Assembly: GCA_963783385.1 (NCBI GenBank)
Contig: CAWANJ010000006.1
Coordinates: 192,001 to 256,000, forward strand
DNA: 64,000 bases
Origin: an uncultured Gemmatimonadales bacterium
Lineage (GTDB): Bacteria > Gemmatimonadota > Gemmatimonadetes > Palauibacterales > Palauibacteraceae
Direction of reading: 5' to 3'
The notes beneath the pieces were generated by a model, which worked only from the letters and a program-made list of their open reading frames with translations, was not told the DNA's origin and did not search any database. Position numbers and translations under genes: made by a program. Positions 53,441-62,921 of this stretch are shown here, one piece after another (position 1 is the first letter of the stretch; each line of letters starts with the position of its first letter).

Positions 53441-53522
53441 CCGAGCGTCGGGTCACCTCCAAGACTCCGCTTGTCACCACGTCCTATAGGCGGGCCATGA
53501 AACGGGGGATGCAGACATGCCA

Positions 53523-53548
53523 GGAGCCCCCGCGACGACGGGAGCTCC
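53523..53548. terminator. Hairpin downstream of tRNA-Gly(CCC)
   Basis: GGAGCCCCCG-cgacga-CGGGAGCTCC. Confidence 0.6.
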
Positions 53549-53555
53549 GAGAGGA

Positions 53556-53628
<73 letters not shown>

Positions 53629-53725
53629 ATGCTCGGCGGCACCTTGTCGGCGGGCCCGCCGTCGGCCGGCGGGCCGGGGGCCCGCGGCCACCACGGCCCG
53701 AAGCCGCGGCACGTCCTGCTACGAG

Positions 53726-53799
53726 TGGGGCGGGAGGGACTCGAACCCCCGACCTCTGCGATGTGAGCGCAGCGCTCCAGCCAGCTGAGCTACCGCCCC
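53726..53799 (-). tRNA. tRNA-Val(CAC)
   Basis: Cloverleaf with anticodon arm CTGCG-CTCACAT-CGCAG. Confidence 0.96.
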
Positions 53800-53823
53800 T
53801 GGTTCTCTTCCTGCTTGTCTTCA

Positions 53824-53896
53824 AGCGGGCGACCGGGTTCGAACCGGCGACCTCAACCTTGGCAAGGTTGCGCTCTACCAGCTGAGCTACGCCCGC
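53824..53896 (-). tRNA. tRNA-Gly(GCC)
   Basis: Cloverleaf with anticodon arm CAACC-TTGCCAA-GGTTG. Confidence 0.97.
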
Positions 53897-53923
53897 GCAT
53901 ACGTCCGGTCGGAGTGCGTGAAG

Positions 53924-53994
53924 AGGTTCCGGGTGGATTCGAACCACCGTAGGGGGCTTTGCAGGCCCCTGCCTAGCCACTCGGCCACGGAACC
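53924..53994 (-). tRNA. tRNA-Cys(GCA)
   Basis: GGTTCCG TGGCCGAGTGGCTAGGC A GGGGC-CTGCAAA-GCCCC...GGTTCGAATCC...CGGAACC T. Confidence 0.97.
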
Positions 53995-54017
53995 CTGCGC
54001 CGGGCAGCCGGCGGGTG

Positions 54018-54051
54018 AAAAAGGGAGCCGCGCCTGTCGGCACGAGCCCCC
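54018..54051 (-). terminator. Terminator-like hairpin in the tRNA operon leader
   Basis: GGGGGCTCGTGCC-gaca-GGCGCGGCTCCC-TTTTT. Confidence 0.55.
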
Positions 54052-54075
54052 TCGTCACGTCTCCGAACGTCCTGG

Positions 54076-54104
54076 ATGTTACCCCGCGTGCCCGGGAGTG
54101 TCAA
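54076..54104 (-). promoter_or_regulatory. Sigma70 promoter of the tRNA operon
   Basis: TTGACA, 17 nt, TAACAT. Confidence 0.8.
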
Positions 54105-54252
54105 CGCGCGCGCGCCTTTTCGGCGCCCGGGCCGCGGACGGCTTCCGCCGCCCGTTGCAGCAGGATACGCCCGCGGCCGCGGGGGGTTCCCGGCGCGCCG
54201 CGCGTGCCCCTCCGGACTTCCCGCTCTCCCGGACCCGCCCTACCTTCTTCGC

Positions 54253-55153
54253 GTGAATACGCCGACCGACGCCTCCCCGCTCGACGGCCTCGTCGTCGTC
54301 CTCCACCGCACCCAGGACCTGGTCAACATCGCGCTGGTCGTGCGGGCCATGAAGAACATGGGCCTGAGGCGGCTGCGGCTGGTGGCTCCCGAGGAGTTCG
54401 ACCCGCACCGGATCGAGGGGATCGCCCACGACACGGCGGACCTGGTCGAGCGCGATCGAGTTCGCGGACACGCTCGAGGAAGCCATCGCGGACGCGGTCC
54501 TGGTGGTCGGGACCTCCGCCCGCCGGCGCGCCAGCCGGCAGGTGTGGAGCACGCCCGAGGAGGCGGCGCCCCGCCTGGTGCGCGAGGCGCTGTCCGCCTC
54601 GGTGCTCGAGCCATCCGGTCCCGGCTCGGCCGGCACGGTCGCCCTCGTGTTCGGCCCCGAGGACCGCGGGCTCTCGAACCTGGAGCTGGACCGGTGCCAG
54701 GAGGTCCTGTACATCCCGACCAGCCCGGAGCATCCATCGCTCAATCTGGCCCACGCCGCGCTCCTGGTATTCTACGAGCTCCGCAAGGCGGCCGATCGGG
54801 CGGTGGGGCTGCCGGAGCGGGACCTGTCGACCGGCAAGGACGAGACGGCGCCTCCCGCCACGGCGGGCGAGCTGGAGCGCTTCTTCGAAGTGTGGGAGCG
54901 AGCGCTGGAGCGGGTGGGGTTCTTCCACCACCTGGACCCCGAGCCCAAGATGCGGACGTTCCGGTCGCTGTTTCAGCGCGCGTCGCTGGACAGTCGGGAG
55001 GCGCAGCTGCTCGAGGCGGTGGCGTGGGAGATCGTGCACTACGAGCGCCGGCTCCGGATCCGCCTCCGAAACGAGGTCGGAAAGGACGCGGCGGAGAGCG
55101 AGGCAGAGGAGCGGGCGACAGGGGAAGAACGAGCGTCGCCGCCTTCGGACTGA
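54253..55153 (+). CDS. TrmJ/LasT-like SpoU RNA methyltransferase (frameshift near 54455)
   Basis: NIALVVRAMKNMG, VVGTSAR, LVFGPEDRGLSN, SLNLAHA. Confidence 0.88.
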
Positions 55154-55240
55154 ACCGGCGGGACGTCCGCTGACCGCCGGGAGGTCGCCGGGGCAGGCTG
55201 ATCTGTGGCCCGGCGCTCCGGGCGCCGGGCCACCGCTACG

Positions 55241-56398
55241 TTACGCCGAGAGGCGAGCCTTCAGCTTCTTCACGAGCTCGACGTTCGTGTCCGTCTGCTT
55301 CATGAGCGCCAGCACGTCCGTCATGGCCTGCACGGGCGAGGAGTCGGCCAGCTCGCGGCGCATGGCGCGCGACAGCATGAGCGCGTCGTCGTCGAGCAGC
55401 AGCTCCTCGCGGCGCGTGGCGCTGGCCTGGAGGTCGATGGCGGGGAAGATGCGGCGCTCGGCCAACTCGCGGCTCAGCACCAGCTCGCTGTTCCCGGTGC
55501 CCTTGAACTCCTCGAAGATCACCTGGTCCATCCGCGAGCCCGTGTCGACCAGGGCGGTGGCGATGATGGTGAGCGAGCCGCCGCCCTCGTTCGCGTGGAT
55601 GTTGCGGGCGCTGCCGAAGAAGCGCTTGGGCTTCTCCATGGCCCCGGCATCGATCCCTCCGGACAGGGTGCGGCCGGTCCCCTCCTCCACCGTGTTGTAG
55701 GCCCGCGCCAGCCGGGTGATCGAGTCCAGGACCAGCACCACGTCCTGCCCCGTCTCCACCCGGCGTCGGGCCCGCTCCAGCGTGATCTCGGCCACCGATA
55801 CGTGCCGCTCGGCGGGATAGTCGAAGCTCGAGGAGATGACCTCGCCGAAGCCCGTGTTCTCCATCTCCGTCACCTCCTCGGGACGCTCGTCGACGAGGAG
55901 GATGAGGAGCTCGGTGTCGGGGTTGTTGGTGACGATGCCCTCGGCGATGGCCTGGAGGACCATCGTCTTCCCGGCCTTGGCGGGGGCCACGATGAGCATG
56001 CGCTGGCCGCGCCCGAGGGGGCAGAACAGGTCGATGACCCGGTTGGTGTAGTCGGCCGTGCCGCGCCGCTCGAGCCCGCACTCCAGAATGAACTGTCGAT
56101 CGGGGTGCTGAGCGCTGAGGCGGTTGAAGTCCGGCCGGCGGGTCACTTCCTCGGGCGGACACCCGTTGACGGCCGCCAGGTGCCGGAGCGGGGGGCTCTT
56201 GTCGCGTCCCGGCGGCTTGCCGACCTCGCCGGACAGCTCGTCGCCGGTCCTGAGTCCGTACTTCCGAATGAGCTTCTGACTGACGTAGATGTCGTCGTCG
56301 CTCGGCAGGTAGCCCGCGTCCCGGCGGCGGATGAATCCCGACCCGCTGCCCAGAAGCTCGAGCACGCCGAGCGACGTCTCCGTCGCGACTCGTGTCAC
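55241..56398 (-). CDS. rho: Transcription termination factor Rho, short form (~385 aa)
   Basis: GVLELLGSGSGFIR, DDIYVS, GLRTGD, APAKAGKT, DERPEEVT, LDSITRLARAYN, GRTLSGG, FKGTGN. Confidence 0.95.
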   Translation of the reverse strand: MTRVATETSLGVLELLGSGSGFIRRRDAGYLPSDDDIYVSQKLIRKYGLRTGDELSGEVGKPPGRDKSPPLRHLAAVNGCPPEEVTRRPDFNRLSAQHPDRQFILECGLERRGTADYTNRVIDLFCPLGRGQRMLIVAPAKAGKTMVLQAIAEGIVTNNPDTELLILLVDERPEEVTEMENTGFGEVISSSFDYPAERHVSVAEITLERARRRVETGQDVVLVLDSITRLARAYNTVEEGTGRTLSGGIDAGAMEKPKRFFGSARNIHANEGGGSLTIIATALVDTGSRMDQVIFEEFKGTGNSELVLSRELAERRIFPAIDLQASATRREELLLDDDALMLSRAMRRELADSSPVQAMTDVLALMKQTDTNVELVKKLKARLSA

Positions 56399-57065
56399 CT
56401 GTCTGTCAACTCCGATCGAGGATACAACTGTGCCGGACGTTCGACCTCCGGAGGCACCAGCATCGCGCCTCGGCCTGCGAGGATCGGAACGAATCCGCCG
56501 GTAGGAAGATCCGGCGACGCGATCCAGCGAGCGTCGGGCTGGAAGCCCGGAGGACGAACAGCGGCCGTCGCGTGCTCCCCGCAATGGAGCCCGGGGCACA
56601 CACGGTCCGGCGTTCGTGCAAGATCCGGACGACAGCGACGCGTCGCCGCGATGCGTCCGGGGTGCGACACGTTGGGGAGGGCTGGAGCGTGAAGCAAGGT
56701 CCGGCCCCGCCCGACGTCGACGGCGAATCACCGTCCACTCGACCTGCAAAACCCCGTGGGCCTCGGAAGGATCCACCCACCGGCTGGCCGGCATCGACGG
56801 GAGCGCTCGGCAGCCGGAGGATGTTCGCGACCTGGACGACCTCCGGCCGCTCCGTCCCCTCTTCCGTAGAGGGAGGCGGTGACGTATCTCCATGAGCCCG
56901 AACCGGTCCGGCTCGCACCGACAGAGCCCGGTATACATCTTGAAGGCGGTACCGCTCGCGGCCGGACTTCCGAGTTCCGCGTGACGCGATTCCGGCCCCG
57001 GGCGACGTTGGTGATGGACCAATGGACGAGACACGGACCCCACACGCGCACCAAGGACGGAAACT

Positions 57066-57680
57066 ATGAGGAAGATCCTCGCAGCCGGCACCGCCGTACT
57101 GTTCTCTCTGACCGCCGCGGCCTGCGGAGGCGGCGGCCAGTCCAGCCAGCAGGCCTCGGGCCAGCAGATGGCCAGCTCCGACAGCAGCGGCATGAGCGGT
57201 GGCCAGGCGGCCATGGGCCAGCTCTCGGTCCCCGATTGGATGAAGGTGGACAAGAGCGACAAGACCGTCACCATGGACATCACGGCCGGCGAGAGCCAGG
57301 CGGACAACGGCTGGAACTACAGCGGCTACTACAACGGTGACGCCACGATCGTCGTGCCGGAAGGCTACAAGGTGACGATCAATTTCCACAACAAGGACCA
57401 GGCGAATCCGCACAGCCTGGCGATCAGCACCGACAAGCCTCCGTTCCCGGCCACCTTCCAGGAGGCGCACCTCGCCTTCCCGGGTGCCGAGACGCCGGGC
57501 TCGATGCAGATGAACACGGCCACGCAGCCGGGCCAGTCCGCCACGATCACGTTCACGGCGGACAAGGCGGGCGAGTACATCATGCTCTGCCACGTGCCGG
57601 CCCACGCCACGACGGGCATGTGGATCCACTTCAACGTGTCCTCGAACGGCGACGTCGGGCTGCAGACCAGCCAGAGCTGA
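57066..57680 (+). CDS. Sulfocyanin-like blue copper lipoprotein
   Basis: Lipobox AAC, NPHSL, and type-1 Cu motif CHVPAHATTGM. Confidence 0.85.
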   Translation: MRKILAAGTAVLFSLTAAACGGGGQSSQQASGQQMASSDSSGMSGGQAAMGQLSVPDWMKVDKSDKTVTMDITAGESQADNGWNYSGYYNGDATIVVPEGYKVTINFHNKDQANPHSLAISTDKPPFPATFQEAHLAFPGAETPGSMQMNTATQPGQSATITFTADKAGEYIMLCHVPAHATTGMWIHFNVSSNGDVGLQTSQS

Positions 57681-57735
57681 CGCGCTCGACGGCGAGCGCC
57701 GCTCCCGGCCGGCCGCACGGCGGCCGGGGCGGAGC

Positions 57736-57778
57736 GGGCCGGGGGCCCGCCTTTCGGGGCGCCCCCGGCCCTTTCTTT
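57736..57778 (+). terminator. Intrinsic terminator
   Basis: GGGCCGGGGG...CCCCCGGCCC-TTTCTTT. Confidence 0.8.
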
Positions 57779-57800
57779 GGCAACCCCTCACCCATGAAGC

Positions 57801-60119
57801 ATGGCTGACCAGCCGCGCACCGAGCTGAGCCGTGACCTCGGCCTGTTCACCATCACAATGGTGGGCGTGGGCGCCATGATCGGCGCGGGCATCTTCGTGC
57901 TGACCGGGATCGCGGCCGGCACGGCCGGCCCGGGTCTCATCCTCGCCTTCGCCGCCAACGGCGTGGTGACGCTGCTCACGGCGCTGGCCTACGCGGAGCT
58001 CGGCTCGGCCATCCCGGAGGCCGGAGGGGGCTACCTGTGGGTCAAGGAAGGGCTCCCCGGACCCAACGCCTTCCTGGCGGGCTGGATGAGCTGGTTCGCG
58101 CACGCGGTGGCCGGCAGCCTGTACGCCCTCGGCTTCGGCTCCTACCTGGGCCTGGTGTTCCGGGAGTTCGGCTGGACACTGCTCGGCCTGCAGGGCGGCC
58201 AGCTCGGCAAGCCGTTCGCGATCGTGATCGCCATCCTGTTCGTGGCCATCAACTTCAAGGGCGTGTCGGAGACCGGGCTGGCCGGCAACATCGTCACGGT
58301 CGCCAAGGTCCTCATCCTCCTCCTGTTCATCGGAAGCGGCCTGTGGGCCATGTTCCACGACCCGGTCTCCTGGGGGAACTTCAAGCCGTTCACCCCACGC
58401 GGCCTGGGCGGGGTGGTCGAGGCCATGGGCCTCACCTACGTGGCGTTCGAGGGCTACGAGATCATCGCGCAGGCGGGCGAGGAGGTGAAGAACCCCAAAC
58501 GCAACATCCCGCGCGCGGTCCTGTGGTCGCTGGCCATCGTGATCCCGATCTACCTCCTGGTCGGCGTCGCGGCCGTGGGCGCCACCCACACCGGCTCGGG
58601 GATGCCGACCTGGCAGTGGCTGGGAGAGCACAAGGAGCTGGGCCTCGCCGAGGCGGCCCGCCAGTTCATGCCGCTGGGCACGGTCCTGCTGCTGGTGGGG
58701 GGCATCCTCTCCACCATGTCCGCGCTCAACGCGACCACCTTCAGCTCCACGCGGGTGTCCTTCGCCATGGGGCGGGACCGCAACCTGCCCGACTTCTTCT
58801 CGAAGGTGCACGACCGGACCCGGACGCCCTACCTGGCCCTGCTGGCCAGCGGCGGGCTCATCCTGTTCATGGCGGTCGCCATCCCGATCGAGGACGTGGC
58901 GGCGGCCACGGACGTGATGTTCCTGCTCCTCTTCCTGCAGGTGAACATCGCCATCATCACGATCCGCCGGAAATACGGGGACAAGCTCGACTACGGTTTC
59001 CTCATTCCCTTCTTCCCCGTGCTCCCGATCCTGGCCATCGTGCTGATGCTGGGGATCGCGGTCTACATGGTCCGTTTCTCTCCCACGGCCTGGCTCTTCG
59101 TCGGGGGCTGGATCGCGACGGGATTCGCCATCTACTACGGTTACGCACGCAAGCGGGAGCGCGAGAAGCGTGTCACCCCCGTGGTCCTTCGCGAGGAGGC
59201 GCCCGCTCTCCTGGGCGAGGACCGCTACCGGGTCCTGGTGCCGGTCGCCAACCCCGAGCACGCTGGCGCGCTCATCGATCTGGCCTCCCTCATCGCCCGC
59301 TCCAACGACGGCGAGGTCGTTCTCCTGCACGTGATCATGGTGCCCGAGCAGACGCCGCTCCGGGTGGGCCGCCGCTACGTGACACAGGCCCGCGACGAGG
59401 TGCTCGATCGGGCCGTCGAGATGGTGGCCGAGCACGATGTCCCATCCAGCTCCATCATCCGCATCGCCCACAGCCCGGCCCAGGCCGTCATGCACGAGGT
59501 CGAGGACCGCGACATCGACTTCGTGGTGATGGGCTGGCGCGGCCGCAGCCGGAACCCGCGCACGGCCATCGGCTCGAACATCGACCTCGTGTTTCGGCAC
59601 GCCGACTGCCACGTGGGCGCCCTTCGGGCCAACGACCTGGACCCGGTGCGCCGGATCCTGGTGCCGATGGCCGACCCGCAGCAGTCCCACCTCATGCTCG
59701 AACTGGCCGAGATGTTCAGCCGGGACCGGGGGTCCGACGTCGACTTGCTGCACATCCTGCCGCCCGGCATGTCCGAACAGGAGAGGCGGGAGAGGCTCCA
59801 GGAGCTCTACGACGGGCTGGCCGACCTCGACGTGGGCCCGGAGGAAACGGGCGAGGCACGACGCATGATCGAGGTCGCCGAATCGCGCGACGTGGTGGGC
59901 GCCATCGTGGGGACGGCCGGGGACTACGACCTGACCATCCTCGGCAGCGCACGGGAGGGATTCGTGCGCAAGCTGGTGGCCGGGACCATCCCGGAGCACA
60001 TCGCCCGACGCATCCGCGGCCGGCTCCTCCTGGTCAAGCACCGGCGAAGCGTGATCCAGTCCAAGATCCTGGACACGATCGACTTCTTCCGGGATACCTC
60101 CGGCACGAGCATGACGTGA
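57801..60119 (+). CDS. APC amino acid permease fused to tandem universal stress (USP) domains
   Basis: GAMIGAGIF, YAELGS.PEAGG, FEGYE...EEVKNP; cytoplasmic RVLVPVANP and RRILVP domains. Confidence 0.92.
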   Translation: MADQPRTELSRDLGLFTITMVGVGAMIGAGIFVLTGIAAGTAGPGLILAFAANGVVTLLTALAYAELGSAIPEAGGGYLWVKEGLPGPNAFLAGWMSWFAHAVAGSLYALGFGSYLGLVFREFGWTLLGLQGGQLGKPFAIVIAILFVAINFKGVSETGLAGNIVTVAKVLILLLFIGSGLWAMFHDPVSWGNFKPFTPRGLGGVVEAMGLTYVAFEGYEIIAQAGEEVKNPKRNIPRAVLWSLAIVIPIYLLVGVAAVGATHTGSGMPTWQWLGEHKELGLAEAARQFMPLGTVLLLVGGILSTMSALNATTFSSTRVSFAMGRDRNLPDFFSKVHDRTRTPYLALLASGGLILFMAVAIPIEDVAAATDVMFLLLFLQVNIAIITIRRKYGDKLDYGFLIPFFPVLPILAIVLMLGIAVYMVRFSPTAWLFVGGWIATGFAIYYGYARKREREKRVTPVVLREEAPALLGEDRYRVLVPVANPEHAGALIDLASLIARSNDGEVVLLHVIMVPEQTPLRVGRRYVTQARDEVLDRAVEMVAEHDVPSSSIIRIAHSPAQAVMHEVEDRDIDFVVMGWRGRSRNPRTAIGSNIDLVFRHADCHVGALRANDLDPVRRILVPMADPQQSHLMLELAEMFSRDRGSDVDLLHILPPGMSEQERRERLQELYDGLADLDVGPEETGEARRMIEVAESRDVVGAIVGTAGDYDLTILGSAREGFVRKLVAGTIPEHIARRIRGRLLLVKHRRSVIQSKILDTIDFFRDTSGTSMT

Positions 60120-60129
60120 GGAGGCCCGC

Positions 60130-60468
60130 ATGAGCATCGAGGACCTTCGCGAGCAGGGGGTCCTGCTGCCGGAGGAGGAGTGGGGCGAGCACCGGCTCGA
60201 GACCACCGTCCCCCTGGTTCCCGTCGCCGTCGGTTACGTCACCGCCGTTCTCAGCCTGGTGGCCATGTACGTGGGCGGCGGCGGAACGCTCACGTGGATC
60301 GGGGCCGGCACCTTCCTGGTGGCGCTCTACACCCTGACCTGGATGTGCGACCGGGCCGTCCTCCGGCAGCGGACCCGCGTCCGGAGGGAGAGCGGCGGGG
60401 CGAGCGACGCGGAAACGGGACCCGGCGACGACGGAAGATCGTCCGGCGAGGGAGCCGGGGAGCCCTAG
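60130..60468 (+). CDS. Small two-TM hypothetical protein
   Basis: RBS GAGGAGG, LREQGVLLPEEEWG, two hydrophobic helices. Confidence 0.7.
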   Translation: MSIEDLREQGVLLPEEEWGEHRLETTVPLVPVAVGYVTAVLSLVAMYVGGGGTLTWIGAGTFLVALYTLTWMCDRAVLRQRTRVRRESGGASDAETGPGDDGRSSGEGAGEP

Positions 60469-60536
60469 CGAGCGGAGGGCCGCCGGCCTAGCCTGCCCAG
60501 AGCGACGCGTGGCCCCCCGCCCCCCGAGGAGGACCC

Positions 60537-62921
60537 GTGGCCCACCAGAACCCCTCCGTCTCTTCGCGCCCCCCTTCCGCCCGGGTCACCGAGGAGCTCG
60601 ACCGCGAGCTCGGCCTGGGTGGCGCCGTGGCGCTGGGCGTCGGGACCATGATCGCCGCAGGCATCTTCGTCCTGTCGGGGCTGGCCGTGGCCAACGTGGG
60701 CGCCGCCGCCGTTGTCGCCTTCCTCATCGCGGCCGCCGTGGCCGCCTTCACGGCGGCGACCTACGCGGAGTTCGCGTCCATCTACCCCGAGAGCGGCGGC
60801 GGCTACATGTACGTGGCCAACGTCTTCGACTCGGACCTCACCTACCTGGTCGGCTGGGCGATGATCCTGGGCTATCCGGCCAGCGCGGCCTTCTACCTGG
60901 CCAGCTTCTCGGACTGGTTCTACCGGTTCCTGTATCCGGCCCTCGACATCCCCGAGGCCATCCCGTACTGGGTGTCGGGGCTCGTGCTCCTCGCGCTCCT
61001 CGTGGCGGTGAACGTCAAGGGCACGCGCGAAACGGGCCTGTTCCAGGTGATCGTCACGACGCTCAAGGTGCTGCTGATCGGCGTGTTCCTGTACGGAGGT
61101 CTCCGGGCCTTCGACGGGGACATCGTGATGACCTCACTGCGCGCCAACCTCCACGACCTCCCGCGGCTCGGCCTCACGAGCGCGCTCGTGTTCATCACCT
61201 TCTTCGGCTTCGAGGCCATCGCCACCAACGCCGAGGAGATCCGCAGCCCCGGCGTCACGATCCCGCGTGCCATCTTCATCAGCATGGGGGCGGTCACCGT
61301 CATCTACGTGCTCGTGGTTCTGGTCATCGTGGTCGCCGTGCACGACGGGGCCTTTCTCGAGTTCCTCGCGACGAAGGCGGGCCTGGGGAGCGCAGAGTCC
61401 GCGCGTCGTTTCGTGGCGGAGAACGGCGAGGTATCCATGGGGCGGGCGGCCCAGTACTACCTGGGCGACATCGGGTTCTACGTGGTGATCGTCGGGGCCC
61501 TCCTCTCCATGGTGTCGGCCGCCAACGCCACCATCATGGCGGGCTCACGCGTGAAGCTCGCCATGGCCCGCAGGCGCCACCTCCCCGCCTCGATCGAATC
61601 GGTCCATCCTCGCTTCCGGACGCCCCATCGGGCCGTGCTCCTCACCGGCGGCCTCATCCTGTGCTTCATCGTCGTGTTCACCGTGTTTTTCGGCGAGATT
61701 CCGGGGGCCCGATCGACCGGAGAGGGCTCCACGATCGAGCTCGGCATCGAGGCCGTCGCGCACTTCGCGGACTTCATGCTCCTGAGCGGGCTGATCTTCG
61801 TGAACCTGGCCCTGGTCCGGTCGCGGCGGGACGCCCCGGACATCCGGCGCCCCTTCCGCGTCCCCCTGGTTCCCTGGGTCCCCGTGGCGGCGGTGCTCGC
61901 CAACCTGGTCCTCCTCGTCAACGTCGAGAAGGTGAGCCTCGTGCTGGGCTTCCTGGCCCTCGGGGTCGGCGTCGTGTTCTGGTTCGGCTGGAAGTCGGTC
62001 CCGAAGAGCGCCGAGGAGATGGAGACCGAGACGCCCACGGCCATGGCGGAATATCGCTCGGCCCGGCGCGGCCACCAGCTCATGGTGGCGCTCGGGAATC
62101 CTGAGCACGCCGACTGGCTGATGGGAACGGCCACCGCCCTGGTGGGCGAGGGCGGCGGAGACCTCCTGGTCATGAGCGCGGTGCTGGTCCCGGACCAGAC
62201 GCCTCCCTCCGAGGGACGCAGGCAGGGTGAGAAGAACCGGGAGGTCCTGCAGCGTGCCCTGGGCCTGGCCGAGGAGGCCGGCGTCACGGCCGACGGGATG
62301 ATCCGAATCGCGCACCGCGCCCCCGACGCCATCCTGAACACCATACTCCAGCACGAGCCGCGCGCCGTGCTCCTGGGGTGGGACGGACGCATGCCGAGGG
62401 GACAGGACCTGTTCTTCGGCTCGATCGTCGACCGGATCCTGACCGAGGCGCCCTGCGACGTGTTCGTGGAGACGGCCGGCTCGGGGAAGGTCGCCGAGGC
62501 CGAGAGCCTCCTGCTTCCGACCGCCGGAGGCCCCCACGCGGAGCTGGCCCTGTCGACCGCCGCGGCCCTGGCCCGCAGGTCGGGGGGCCGGGTCGTGCCG
62601 GTGACCGTGGTGGACCCGGGTGCCTCCGGCGAAGAGCGACGCCGGGCCCGTGCCCTGCTGGACGGGGCCGCCGAACGGCTCGGGGAGACCGCGGGGGAGC
62701 CCCTGCTCCTCGAGGCCGAGGACGTGGCGGCGGCCCTCGTCGGAGAGAGCGCGCGGCACGACCTCGTCGTGCTCGGGGCCACGCACGAGGGCCGGCTGCA
62801 TCAGCTGGCGGTGGGCGCGATCCCCTACTCCGTGGCCGCGAAGAGCGACACGCCCGTGCTCATGGTCCGGCGCCGGCCCGGCGTGGCGTCACGCCTCCTG
62901 CGCCGCCTCCCCTGGCGCTGA
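60537..62921 (+). CDS. Second APC amino acid permease with tandem USP domains
   Basis: GTMIAAGIF, YPESGGGY, FFGFE...EEIRSP; LLLPTAGGPHA, HDLVVLGAT. Confidence 0.92.
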   Translation: MAHQNPSVSSRPPSARVTEELDRELGLGGAVALGVGTMIAAGIFVLSGLAVANVGAAAVVAFLIAAAVAAFTAATYAEFASIYPESGGGYMYVANVFDSDLTYLVGWAMILGYPASAAFYLASFSDWFYRFLYPALDIPEAIPYWVSGLVLLALLVAVNVKGTRETGLFQVIVTTLKVLLIGVFLYGGLRAFDGDIVMTSLRANLHDLPRLGLTSALVFITFFGFEAIATNAEEIRSPGVTIPRAIFISMGAVTVIYVLVVLVIVVAVHDGAFLEFLATKAGLGSAESARRFVAENGEVSMGRAAQYYLGDIGFYVVIVGALLSMVSAANATIMAGSRVKLAMARRRHLPASIESVHPRFRTPHRAVLLTGGLILCFIVVFTVFFGEIPGARSTGEGSTIELGIEAVAHFADFMLLSGLIFVNLALVRSRRDAPDIRRPFRVPLVPWVPVAAVLANLVLLVNVEKVSLVLGFLALGVGVVFWFGWKSVPKSAEEMETETPTAMAEYRSARRGHQLMVALGNPEHADWLMGTATALVGEGGGDLLVMSAVLVPDQTPPSEGRRQGEKNREVLQRALGLAEEAGVTADGMIRIAHRAPDAILNTILQHEPRAVLLGWDGRMPRGQDLFFGSIVDRILTEAPCDVFVETAGSGKVAEAESLLLPTAGGPHAELALSTAAALARRSGGRVVPVTVVDPGASGEERRRARALLDGAAERLGETAGEPLLLEAEDVAAALVGESARHDLVVLGATHEGRLHQLAVGAIPYSVAAKSDTPVLMVRRRPGVASRLLRRLPWR

